The position numbers and the translations under genes were made by a program. The notes under the pieces were generated by a model, which made no database searches, was not told the DNA's origin, and was given only the letters and a program-made list of their open reading frames with translations. DNA of 63,915 nucleotides, the filler included, from Octopus bimaculoides (Eukaryota), in NCBI RefSeq assembly GCF_001194135.2. It is 8 parts of 8 records of this genome, joined end to end, with 100 filler letters (N's around TTAATTAATTAA, not from the genome) between each part and the next. Parts side by side here need not be neighbours in the genome. Positions count along the whole stretch, not along the records: positions 14,441 to 46,124 come from NC_068999.1; 7 more parts are not named here. The stretch is one strand, 5' to 3'. This document shows, one piece after another, positions 26,805-40,559 of this stretch. Each line of letters begins with the position of its first letter. Positions within the stretch are counted from its first letter, which is position 1.

Positions 26805-27430
26805 TATTCGTTTCTATTCTATGTATAAGGTCCGAAACTTTTCGGAAGGGGGCCAGTCGATTAGATCGACCCCAGAACGCAACTGGTACTTAATTTATCG
26901 ACCCCGAAAGGATGAAATGCAAAGTTGACATCGGTGGAATTTGAACTCAGACCGTAAAGACAGACGAAATATCGCTAAGTATTTCGCCCGGCGTGCTAAC
27001 ATTTCTTATTTCTTTATTTCCCACAAGGGGCTAAACATAGAGGGGACGAACAAGGACAAACAAAGGGATTAAGTCGATTACATCGACCGCAGTGCGTAAC
27101 TGATACTTACTTTATCGACACCGAAAGGATGAAAGGCAAAGTCGACCTCGGCGGAATTCGATCTCAGAACGTAAGGGCAGATGAGATACCGCTCAGTATT
27201 TCACCCGGCGCGCTAACGTTTCAACCAGCTCGCCGCCTTAGAATAGGCATTATCATAAGCATATAGCGGCATTTCTTCGAATCTTTACGTTCTATGTTCA
27301 CATTCCGCCAAGGTCGTCTTTGTCTTTTATTCATTCAGTGACGATGAAATATGTAGAACTTGAGCACTGGTACCGATGAACTCAACTGCCCCTCCCCGCA
27401 AAATATGTTTGTCCTTGTAACAACATTAGA
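26805..27430. mobile_element. Cluster of family B SINEs: two on minus (26805-26998, 27003-27238) and one degenerate on plus (27262-27430)
   Basis: Shared central motif gttcaaattccgccgaggtcgactttgcctttcatcctttcggggtcgataaattaagtaccag, which from recall resembles the Meta-domain SINE motif. Confidence 0.85.
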
Positions 27431-27859
27431 AATAATTGTTATAAGTATAATTTGTAGGAGACCAGAACTAGGACTTGCAATGTTACCTCAATTACTGCAC
27501 ACATATCTATAGCAAATGGGAATCGAAAATGGATGCTGAGATACACTAAATGTGAACTAAATTTTGAACGCTTTCATTTCACCTAAAACTAATATTATGA
27601 TGTATTATGTCTAAAAATGGAGCCAACGTTGGCATCACGAGGCAGTAAGTGAGCCATGAGTCAAAGCAAAATAGTTAAACTGGCTACGTGTCTTGCTAGA
27701 AATAGCAGCCAAGTTCCCTGAAATAATAATTGACTGCCTTAAACGAAAATAAAGAACTTACAATAGGTAGTATCAAATATACAAACGGTTTGGTTGGTTG
27801 TTTGCCAAAAGAATATGATTAAAGAGGTTTTTTTTTTAAACTAGAAACTATACGGTCCT

Positions 27860-28980
27860 AGATAAGTACAATTTCTAGCACTTTTCAGACACATAAAGCT
27901 GTTGTTATTGTAAAAATCTCTGAACTTTAGTAGTAATTTTCTAACAGCTGGAACAGCTCTTCAATAAAAGGCACTAAATATAAATCTCACTTTCAGCAAG
28001 ATGTTTCAATGTTTTCCAGTTATTATAGTGGCTAATTTAACATTATCAGTGATCTCAGCAAGATATTGGCATTGTTTACTGAGAATTGTCCATCTCCTGC
28101 TGATTTGAAGCTACTTTAGGAATATAATAGCGATAATAACAGACAAAATGTTAAAATTCTTCGTCACCTTTCGATTACTTGTATCGAGAAAAAGAAATCA
28201 CGTTAGTAAATATAAGAATGGAAACAAATCCGTAAACATTAGAAAATAGGTCAGCAGCAAGGTACTTAGCTGCATCTAGGTATCTGTGTGACAACAGAAA
28301 ACATAAATTAGTATAAACGTGTAACTGTGGAAATCAGGACAGGGAAACAGCAACTGAAATTATATTTGCCCACAAGCCGTGCTTAATTTGTTTTGACAGA
28401 AGCTCAATTCTAGAATTGCTAATGGAATGTAGTCGGCATTCGAAAAAAGAATAATGAACTGGATTAGATGTTACGACCAAACATCAAGATGAATGAAGGA
28501 AATATAATTAATTCAAAGACACCTGGGCTTTCTATGGAGCATAAAAGCGATTAAGATTCAGCTTCTTCAACTAGGATTATCAATGTCAGTTACAATCATG
28601 ATGTTAAGTCAATGGCATTAGCAAGATATGCACAATGTGGTGTAATAATAAGAACCGAATATCTGCCTTTGACATCTCTGTGGACGATTTTCGGTTATCC
28701 ATGTAATGCATTTGTAAAATTTCCTAAGCAGCCTTCTTTATCATCAAAATAAAACACAATATTTTGACAATTTGACAATTGTATCGCATTTAACAGAAGC
28801 CCTTTTATGGAATACGGAACACTTAAGATTTTGCTTGATTTAAGGAATCCCTTCATTAAAATTAGGTCTTGATTATTAATTATGTTTTTCTTCATAATAT
28901 CTTTAAAACGTTGACAAAATAATAGTGAAACCGGGAAGTTGAGCCATGTCAGTAGAATTAACAAAATCTCCAACTTAATA
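27860..28980 (-). mobile_element. Possible decayed CACTA/EnSpm transposase
   Basis: Across frameshifts: NVYGFV (cf. DGFxPF), NVKLATIITG and DLYLVPFIEELFQL (cf. D.YL.PL..EL..L). No TIRs found. Confidence 0.35.
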
Positions 28981-29809
28981 AAATGTAGATATGTTTATAT
29001 ATAAATATTGGTTTTGTTCATCTTAATAGGTAGGATGGAATGTAATGCCAATGGTATTTTATAGTGCAACTGACAGTGGTTGAAGAGAGGGGGAAGCATC
29101 CTCAAACCGGAGAGGTCTGTGTCCAAACATTGGTGTCAAACTGGATTCCACTAAAAGAAGCCAATGTGTCAGTTGGCCGACAGTTTAAGCCTATCATTGA
29201 AATTTTATATAATTTTCAATGTTGTTAATATCTAATAACTTTAATCTATGCTTTAAAATATTTATATAATTTATTAACATTATTCTCTTTTATAAATATA
29301 TGTCAAAATATTTTCAGTATTAAATTTTAATGAATTATTATATCGGTAATATTATACAACTTACGGTATGTTTTAATGTATTGTATTTGCATAACTTTAA
29401 CTGTAAATTGACATTTTGTTGTAATACAATATTATCATTTCAAGGAATTTAAATTACATTCGCTTCACCTTTCGTTGATCTAACTAACATTAATTGATTG
29501 AACCAAAATAAACCGTGTATTTTTACAATTCTTTCTAAAAATGTGTTGATTTAAATATAACATGATACGATGATATATGCATCTGGTGAAAATGCTTCAA
29601 TTTAGACGACTCGTAAACCGTTTCTCTAACAATAATTAAACGACAATAATTAATGATATTAATCACAGCATTTATTGAGCAAACAAAATTAATGATGTCT
29701 AAAACATACGCATGAATTTATTAGAAACCATTAAAGAGCGATTAAATTCACGCTACTTCTTAAGAAGCACACACACACTCACACACAACCACATACACAC
29801 ACATACAAC

Positions 29810-29846
<37 letters not shown>

Positions 29847-31185
29847 TATGTGTACGAATATATGTGTACGTGCGTCAGCTTTATATTGACTTCTTACTTG
29901 GTTTGAAGGCTACGTGTTTTTTTTTTGTGTGATGGGTGTTTAGTTGATTATATCAATCTCAGTATTTAATTCATGAGATTACTTTTCCGAACTTAAGATG
30001 AATAAAGGCAACAAAAAACCGCAGTAGGATTTGAGCTGTGAACCTTAATATACGCGACTAAATAATGCAAGGCGATTTCTGCAATACACTTCTTTACTAT
30101 TGCACATATTCGATTGTTTCCTTTTAAATCAACTATATAATTCTTCCATCTCTAGATGTATACGGATTCACTCTTAAATGTTGGCACTTGAACAGGTATT
30201 GATTGAGTTTATCTATTTACGGAAACAAGAAGCAAAACTTGCATGTAAGGAAGGTATTCTACGTTATACTTAAAAAATGTAAGATTTTCGATGAGGGAAA
30301 ACATTGTTACGAACGAAATACCTAAATGTCTATTTTTAATAAATTTGTATTCATCTTTGTGCAAAGAAATATATGACATGTATTATTTGACGAAATGCCT
30401 TAAATGGAAATATATACTAACCTCCTGTTTTATAATGAACTTTAATGGATAAATATTCTGAATGTTTTTTTTTTTCCTATTTCATCATTGCTCTTGCTTT
30501 TTTCATTGCAAATATGATATCCTAAAATACACGTCTCTAAACATTTTGGCATCTACGAAGGGCTTTTATGTATGTATGTATGTATGCATGTATGCATGTA
30601 TGTATGTATGTATGTATATATATATGTATGCATGAATGTATGTATGTATGTATGCATGTATGTATATGTGAGTATTTGTATGCATGTGTAGCATATCTGT
30701 TTGTGCGAGGGTGATATATTTCCTGATAATCGTGGCTTAGGTCAGTAATATTGGATGAAGGGGCTGGGATCATTTCAAGTTAGTGGTTCCCTGGTCATCA
30801 ACATGTGTAGAGCCGATCAGATCGAGAGAATTCCAGTTTGTAATTCGGCTGAGTATGTTTAAGGATTATTGTTAATACAGCGATACATTCTCACCGTGCA
30901 TTAACAGACCAATCACGCGTTTGACATGTACGAAACACAGACAAATTCAGAAATTCCACACGATATCGCTCGTGCCAAAAGGACATATTATTTTTTGTGT
31001 TTCAAGAAATACATAAGTTATATGTTTTTATATCATATATAAATGTGTGAAAATTACATCATATTATTAGTTAAACAATTTAGTCGTATATATTGATTTA
31101 AAAACAAGTTGTAAACAGATATATATAACATCAATGCACATTCCTACCTTCCCGTCACAACACGACATGCTGTATAAACTTTGTA

Positions 31186-31218
31186 ACTTACCTGAAAAAG
31201 AGAGAAAAGAATATTTTA
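31186..31218 (-). promoter_or_regulatory. Candidate recursive splice site (3'ss immediately followed by 5'ss)
   Basis: Minus strand aaatattcttttctctctttttCAG|GTAAGT, with the junction between 31192 and 31191. Confidence 0.45.
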
Positions 31219-32519
31219 ATTTTCACGTAAATGTACATAAATATATATCTATATATCTATGAATGTTTAAATATGCATACATATTTATACACACAAACAA
31301 ATACACACGCGTGCACACACACACGCACACATACACACACACACGCACACACACACACACACACACTTAGGAGATCATAGAAATCCGCAAGAAATAATCA
31401 CAGTATTAAAAAAAGATTAATTAAACTTAGTAGAATTTTGTTTCCACGTTGTCACTTATTAGGAGATTCCATTTTCATATATCTATATTACAGAACATTA
31501 CATGCATATATATATACACACACAAAAACATATGTCAATGCGTTGTGTAGCTGTGTGGCATGAACCTTGAACTTTTAACTTCTTAGAAACCGCACAATAG
31601 GCTTTTTTTTTTCTAAATGACGATAATGAAAAAATAATCAGAAAGGAAATTGTAGAATACTTCGAAAACGAAAAGTTTGAGTATAAATTATTTCTAAAGT
31701 AGATTTTGTAACTTTTAAATCAAATTCTACCTAAAATATTTTCTGAATGTCAAAAAGACGTAATTTATCAGTTGTAACATTACAGATAACACATGTGCTT
31801 TAGTTTATTTCGATACTGTCTATTGCTTTCAAATTACTGCATATATTTTCAAGCATAATGGGAAATACCCTTCTATCAGTTAACGAAGTCTGAGAGAGTC
31901 ATGTCGAATAATTCATTGAATCCAACAACTGTTTTCAATACCATCAGACGAATTAAGAGTAAAGTTTATCAAAAGATTCTGATACCTCATTTACATGAGT
32001 TTATGAAAACGTATGAAATATACTCGTAATCAGAAAGGAGCAATCGTATTTCATTTTCCATTTAGAGAAAAAAAAATCAATCAAACATTGAGATACGTAT
32101 ATACGGCTATACGTGTGCCTGGAGAAATGTGATAATGCCCATGTCTGTTAAGATACAGTTTCACAGGCAGTTCGAATAGCCTCCAGCTGAGTGCCAAGAG
32201 ACTTTCTACAACACACATAAAAAAAAAGAGAGAAAATAAGAATCAGATGAGTTCAAAGATCTAAATCTCTTTGCAGCTTACAAAGAAGTCAATTGAATCA
32301 AGATTTAGTCTCTTTGAAGAAATTTCAAAGATGCATATATGCATATATAAGCGTGTCTGTGTCTGTGTCTGTGTGCGAGTGTGTGTNNNNNNNNNNNNNN
32401 NNNNNNNNNNNNNNNNNNNNNNNNNNNNNNNNNNNNNNNNNNNNNNNNNNNNNNNNNNNNNNNNNNNNNNNNNNNNNNNNNNNNNNTATATATATATATA
32501 TATATATATTCATATATAC

Positions 32520-32571
<52 letters not shown>

Positions 32572-33129
32572 TAAAAAACAACAACAACAATGATAATGCA
32601 TACATACGTATGTATATACATGTTATATACATATAAGTATATATCGTCGTAATTATATGTATGTTAGAACGCCCGCGCGCCAACACACACACATATAACG
32701 AAATCAAGATAATTTGGAAACTAGTGTTTTAAATTATTGTTCTAATGCAGCAATAGTCTTTTGTGTGATGATTCATTGAGGAGCCAGACAGAAGCAACAC
32801 GAGTCACTGTGGACATACTTTTAGGACATAGTAATTAACAAGCAACGGCATTTCAAATCTTAGTTTATCATTTTCAGAATAATTGAATGTATAGTTTTCG
32901 TTGAATCATAGAATAAACCATTTCATTCTGGATATATGAGCAAATGGATATAGTTTGCTCTTTCATATTTCCATCGGTTAGAATACCAATATAGAATACC
33001 AACTTCCGTAATGAATGGGATTCTCGAATTGCTTGTTCAAAACGTTAGTTTTCACCTCTTTTTACGCCGCAAAAAATTCAACGAAAGGGTGTTGCTATTC
33101 CACTTGTGTAAAGAAAGCAAAACAAAGCG

Positions 33130-33324
33130 GAGTCCTTGTCCGGTTCCGAATCGATCCGAAAATCTAATCAGTTCGTGCCAGTCACGAGGCCAAATATCCC
33201 TGAAAGTTTCATTCGAATCCATGCAGTGATTCTTGAAATATCTTGTCCAGAATCAAACAGACAGACAAACAAGATCACACGACTGTAAACAATACCTCCG
33301 CCTTCACTAAGGTGGAGGTAGTAA
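33130..33324 (+). mobile_element. Second Pearl/HINE-like element 3' end
   Basis: (CAGA)n remnant followed by cacgactgtaaacaatacctccgccttcactaaggtggaggtagtaa, the same hairpin as 2246-2273. Confidence 0.6.
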
Positions 33325-34120
33325 TATTGCTGTATACGCTATCGGTCTATTATTCATCGATATAAGTTCCTTTTAGTTTACAATTTCGTTAAAATATTTA
33401 TTAAAAGAATCAAATAACAAAATCTACCTCAGCATCAATATAAATTGTCACAACAAAACGTATATTTATTCCTATTTATTTTCGTTTCAACGTAAATTAA
33501 AAGAATAGATTATTGGTGAATATTAAATCTTTGATATGACTATAGTAAGACACTTAAACTGAAAAAAAGCACTCCAAAGGTATTCGCATGCTATATTAAT
33601 TATTTTCTACATCCATCTTAATGTTGAATGTCAATTGATTAATGACAATTGAATTACTAATGAGCGTTGTTTGGAAAACAAGATCGGCAAGGTACATAGA
33701 TATGCAAAGTAACGTTTGTGAATATTTATAATTTTGTGTATGAATATATGAATAAGGTATAGAATTAAACATATAAATCATTGAATACACACACGCTCAC
33801 ACATACACACACACAAATACACACGCACACACACGCATATATAAGAGTATGTGTATGTATGAATGTGTGGTGTCTTGAGCAGGGAGAAAAGCGACGAGAA
33901 AAAATAGATATGAAGCCAGTGTATTCGTACTCGAGAGAAAAAAAGTTAGTGAATACAAGTATGTTAACGAAGCAATTTATTATATGAAAAACTTTTCAAA
34001 TGTGACAAAGGCGAAGCTTTAAGTTTAAAGCACAATTGAAAAGTGTCAAACGTAATAAATTATTTATACCACACCCTTGCATCAACATAAAATCAATTAT
34101 ATATATACATACACACACAT

Positions 34121-34161
<41 letters not shown>

Positions 34162-34760
34162 CAATTTACTTAGAGGGTATGTTAACATAGTCAAGGGATG
34201 CTTGCATCCAAGGAATTACTGGTTGAGCACCTAATATTTTTAGGAAATGAAATTCTCTTATAACACTGGTATATACTAAGCATATAGTTTATATCTCTTC
34301 GAAAGTAGAAAGAAAAGGGAGAAAAGGATGTAAATAATTGTGTAAATATATATATATATATATTAGAAAAGAACAATCGACTATGTTATGGACTTCATTA
34401 GCTCACTGTTGCTTCCGCTAGAGGATGCGGTGGACTGTTAGTTCAGTGCGTGAGTAAACACCATAAAACTTCCTCGGAGCCTCAAGCATGAACTGCACTT
34501 CTTAGCTAGTATTGTATCTTGGATGTGGACCCAGGAAGTGAAAAAAGGAAAAACAAAATCACTGAATCACACTCTGGCAATAAAAGTAGCGTTAAAGTAG
34601 TTCAGTTATATCTAGCTTCCTTGCTGCATACATTTGTCAAATTCTTTAAAAAACATTGACAGTGAATGTAGAATAGAGTTTAATTCAAGGAAGAAATATT
34701 GCTAAAGTGGGTTTGTAGGTAATATATATNNNNNNNNNNNNNNNNNNNNNNNNNNNNNNN

Positions 34761-34791
<31 letters not shown>

Positions 34792-37052
34792 CTTTTATTA
34801 AATCGATATTTGTAAAAATACAGATAATTTTATTAATATAATGCCATTTGAACGAAGAGCATGATGTAATAATTTATTAAATGAAAATATATCTCGATAT
34901 AGTGTTATAACAAATAGTCAAAGCAAAAAGTCTAATAATATATAGAGTGATCTCAAGCTGGAGACAATATCAATTTGTTCAATTCATTTTGGATGCACAT
35001 TTATTTCGTTTCCGTAAATGCATAGAGATCTGATATGTCAAATAATATGCTTTTCTATTTCTGGAGACTTAGCCGGAATTTATTACCTTAGCCTTTCTGT
35101 CTTTGTGCCTTTTCTCCATTGAGGATATGGAAAATTTATCACAAAGGCACTGCTTTCAAATAAATTAGATCCTTCCGCGTAAAGTATTAAATTTTCTCCT
35201 GGAAGGAAATGTATTAGACTCTTACATCATCTTACCAATGTGTTGTCTATCCTAGTTAATCATTTAGACTGTTAAAGAAAATATGTAAGCGCTTCTCTTC
35301 CAGTTTCCTTTTGTTTTTGTTGTTGTTGTAATACTGAAAATGTATGATACGCCTAAGGGAGAAATCTGAACCTACTAAAATTGCAAGAAAGTAATTTCTA
35401 CTAGCACACGGTTTTAACTATGAGGACAATACAGTCAGTAGGTATGGTGGTTTATTGTCGAAATTCCCCGCAGCATAAGCAAGGTGGACTCAATACTAGG
35501 AATGATGCGAAAGAGAAATTGCAAAGCAAAGAATAGCTCACAGTAATATCCTCTAACATAGAAAGACCACGAGCTGGCAGAATTATTAGCACGTCGGGAA
35601 AATGCATTTCGCCCGTCTTACGTTCAGAGTTGAAATACTGCAGCTGTTGATTTTGCATTCCATCTCTTCACGCTCGAACACTGAGGACGTCGTTATACAA
35701 TGAGCATGGTAATTGACGTTATGCAACGAGCATTTAAAAGCCTGCGTCGTTCATGATTAGACACACGCTCATAATATCAATGGAAAGAGTCAAAGAGAAC
35801 ATTATTCTAAAGAAATCCAGTTTTAATATCGTATTAATATAAGTAGAACATAACTCATTGTAGTTTAAATCATGGGGAATATGGTTAATTTGGTTAACAA
35901 TAGACCTCCTCTACTCACGGCTCACTTAATGTACGGAAAATCAGGACAGACCATATTGAGTGAAAAATACGATATTCATTGCGACATAAGGAATTTAAAC
36001 ATTGAAATGCGCAAATGAACAACTGCAGCGCACGGCAAAGAAAGGTGCACTGACTTTTGATAAAACGCTTCTTGTCTTTTAAGTATCAACATTCATCGAT
36101 AAGTATCGACTAACAGCTGCTGCTGGCACGGCTGCTACTGATGGTGGTGGTGGTGATGGTGGTGAATATAATGAAGAAGAATAAGGAAGAGTATTGCGAT
36201 GAAGATCAAGATATTTATGTAATAGCATGTAATCTAATTCACGAAATTGCAAGATGAAAGTAGCAAAACCTTTTGTCGTATATTTGAGAGTACTGTAGCT
36301 TTAAAACCATTTACCCATATTTTTTTTTATTTTATACTCATGGGTAATTTTGTGTGCGATAGATTGGCATTATATCAAAGAAAAGTTATGTATCCGCTAC
36401 ACTGTTAAAACTATATAAACTACCTTTTAAGCAGCAACAGAGTTGTCTGCTAATGTCCGTTTGCGAATAATTTTATATCTCAAAGACTTAAAACGTTATG
36501 TATATTAAACCATTACCTTCTCTTTTGTTTTTGCCTTGAATTGAAACAGCATTAGCGAATCGAAATAACTTAACACGTCTCATACGGCTTCTCCTCTTCC
36601 ATGGAAATAACTAAACCTCAACGGCTATAAAAACCGCTTCCTCGAATAATTTGGCCTAGTGCCTCGCCAAAAGCATTACTACAAAATATAATATTATAAA
36701 AATATATCTAAAACAACTTGAAATTCTCTACCCATAACTTTGGTTTGCTCCGGATATATTTGGGTATTTTATGTTATTTAATATCATTCCAAGTGATTTA
36801 TGGTGACGTTACCACAAGTATTAAACTCGATAAGGTCATTTTATCTTAAATGTTGTGAATCAATAAGTTTTCAGTGCTAGCCATTGATTAACTTCACAGC
36901 CACTTGTAAATCATAACCTTTGCGCGTATTAATGGGGGTTAGGATTAACAACAACAACAATAACAACCGAAAATAATAACAATAATAATAATAATATTAA
37001 TAATAATAATAATAATTACCACCACAACAACAACAGTAACAACAACAACAAC

Positions 37053-37117
<65 letters not shown>

Positions 37118-37253
37118 AGATGATAATAATGATAAAGGCAATGAAGTCGTAGAAAATATAGAAAATATTCGAAATGTCTTATGGTAGTTAAATACGAACT
37201 ATTGGCGTTTTAAGACCAAAATCCGTTGGGAATGAATATACACTTTCTCCCCC

Positions 37254-37290
<37 letters not shown>

Positions 37291-37443
37291 CTTCACACAA
37301 TGTAAATAAGTCAATAGTAACGATAATAGCATTGACTTTTGAAACTGGTACAAGGCCACATATTCGGAAGTAAGGATTCAAAGTCAATGTCTACATATCA
37401 GGCAGAATACACAATCTAGCCAGTTGTATATAAAAAACTCATT

Positions 37444-37856
37444 CTCTTTTACTCTTTTACTTGTTTCATTCATTTGACTGCGGCCATGCTGGAGCACCGC
37501 CTTTAGTCGAGCAAATCGAACCCAGGACTTATTCTTTGGAAGCCTAGTACTTATTCTATCGGTCTCTTTTGCCGAACCGCTAAGTTATGGGGACGTAAAC
37601 ACACCAGCATCGGTTGTCAATGATGTTGGGGGGGGGCAAACACAGACACGCAGACATATACACACACATACATATATACATATATACATATATACGACGG
37701 GCTTCTTTCAGTTTCCGTCTACCAAATCCACTCACAGGGCTTTGGTCGGCTCGAGGCTATAGTTGAAGACACTTACCCAAGGTGCCACGCAGTGGGACTG
37801 AACCCAGAACCATGTGGTTGGTAAGCAAGCTACTTACCACACAGCTACTCCTACGC
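37444..37856 (-). mobile_element. SINE family A, full length
   Basis: Complete head, core and (aaaagag)n tail in reverse orientation. Confidence 0.93.
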
Positions 37857-40559
37857 TTTTTTTTTCGCATTAGAACTGTGTTCTCCTTTAGAATATGTTT
37901 ATAGAATTAAAAAGTTACAAATCAGTTTTTGACTGGTATATATTTTCCTAAAGAGAGTACCCTTCCGTAGGAGTTACGTTAGGGTAATTATGTTTCATCT
38001 CTTAATAGCAAATGCAGCGACTTAGGAGCTATAACATTGCATCCACTGTATCACCACAATACTGAAATAATCTGCAATTCTAAAATAGTATATATTTACT
38101 TACGTGTTTACAGGTATAAAGTGTTACAGTTTCAAGACTGAGAAATGAGTTTTATAGGAAATATGTTTAAGATATACTGTTAAAATAACGAAATAAATAA
38201 AAAGAAACAGTTCAAGAAAGGCTAACAGGAAATGTAATATTCTTGATATCTACGAAATTCTGAAGTTTGAATAAATTCCAACTTCCATATTATTTTGGTG
38301 GAGGAAATAGTTTGGCTGTCGGTAAAATCTTTTCCAGACAATTCTAAATTGTATTTTTTTTGGGTGGGTGGTGCTGACAGAATTCTTTTCTACTCTAGGC
38401 ATAAGGCCCGAAATTTTAAGGGAGGATTTTGGGTATATGTAAGTCATTAATAATCTGTACTATGAAAAGGAAACCGTATCTTTATCAGGCCAGATTTTGA
38501 TTGGGAATATACACGAACGAAATGCCTCCATATTTCGAAGTATAAATAATCTAGCGGATTCTATTTTCTTTTCAAATTGTTAGAAAAATGTCTAAGAGAA
38601 TCTTATTAATTCAGTGGCTTCGAAAAGAGTATATTAAAACGTGTTATAATATCGTACCTCACTTGAAAATAATTAAGAATGATAAGGTGGCAACTGAAAC
38701 TTTTAAATTATTCTTGAACTCTCCTAATTGTTGAAACAGGAAATCACTTAGGAAATCATGATAATAAGAATACCAAGAAAATCCTGTTGTACGTATATGT
38801 TTTTCAAATTTACCAAAGAGAAAGCGAATGAAACTATTAACTAATATCATTCTTGTGCGTTCATGCATTCTAATGCGAGAAACAACAGCTAGTTCCTGCA
38901 TTCTAATGCAAGATATGACAGATAGACGAATTCCAGGATTCGAGGTATTCAGATATGTATTTTTATGTCCCTATTTCAAATCCTACTTTGCTATGGTTGA
39001 ATTCTACTTCCCCATAACCGTTGAAATAAGTACCATTAACGAATTGGTCAAGATATGGTCGACCGTACTTCACATTAAAATTGGCGGCTTCAAGCATAAT
39101 TCAGAACTCCTCAATCTATCGACCTTAAAAGTATTAGAAAACAGAATGAGCAGTGACGAAATAGTTTTAAGCATTTAGTGTAGCGAAAGTTGGATATAAG
39201 AATAAGTAACAAAGCATATAGAAAACATTTGACTAAGACAATAAAGTTACGATATTTTTAGTAGAAAATTGTGTTCAACGTATTTCTGACTATAAATTTA
39301 TTCAATTGAATTTTTCTTGTTTTGTTCATTGTATATCCCATTGAATTATATATTTTCTTCCTATGCTAATTTGTATTTGTTTGGTTATGTATTTTTCTTT
39401 ATTAATTTATGGTAACGCATTATCTTTCTAGATGCGTGAACAAATAAATTTTAAAAAATCTTTTTCAAATTAATTCATTTTGTTGTGTTTGGTATTTTCT
39501 ATATTTTATTTATTGGAAAATCTAATTCCATCATTTTTATTCCACCCTATTCAAAATTATCCAATCACTCGGAATAAAGTATTGATTTTTTTTTGTATTC
39601 TTTCGCACACTTCCTCTATCACAGTCTATCTATGTATTCTTTCGCCCTCTTTCACTATCACCGTCTATGCACTTCTCACTCACTATTATCCAGTATCTCT
39701 CACTGTCCCTCTCTCTCTCTCTCTCTATTTCCCTCTCTCTCCCTGCATCTCTCATGTTCTCATATTTATCGACTTTAATATTGACGTACTCCATCTTAAT
39801 GTTTCCTGGCGTAAGAAAGGTCTGGATTATTGATCTACCACCTTCACTTCAACCATGATGTACACCAATGTCCTCTTATATAAAATATTTCAAGAATATA
39901 ATTCAAGTGGATTTTAGAAAGAAGAAATGAAGAATATCTGAAAAGAGAGATTTCTTTTCTTACTAGAACTTCATTATAATTTTTCCTTAATTGATGTTTT
40001 TTCCAATGAACTCAGACTCATCCATTAAATGTCGAAATACATGTTTCCCAAGTAAAGACAGGTTCAGGCGAGTTGCTTATTTATAATCAAAGCGTAAAAA
40101 AAAATATTCAGGAACATATATTTAGGAGACTATAGGAGAAAAAAAAACTTTGTTAATGGAAATTGATCATTAATTAAGATGTAATTAACTTTAACAACAT
40201 TTATAATTAATTATTTTTCTTTCTCGTTTAACAGGAGTCGTGCTAAAAATAAAGCTAAGACTAGATAAAGTTTTAACAAAGAATTAGAGAGTTCTTAAAA
40301 AGTAAATTGTTCACGCCATGGATAACGCGCGCACACTCACGCATACACACAAACACATACGCACACATATAAGCACACGCACACACACAAATACAGAGGC
40401 ATATAGACACACACATGCACACACATATACACACAAAAATCCACACATTCATATACTGGCACACAGGACACTCTGATATAATGTTAATGCTTATTTTAAA
40501 GTATAGATATGCATAGAAAACAGTGGAATATATAGTTGACTGCTCTCTGAAACCATAAA

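Noticed and set aside
28640-28700. PKIVHRDVK kinase-like motif
   Set aside because: Preceded by a stop and not followed by other kinase subdomains; probably chance within a TE relic.
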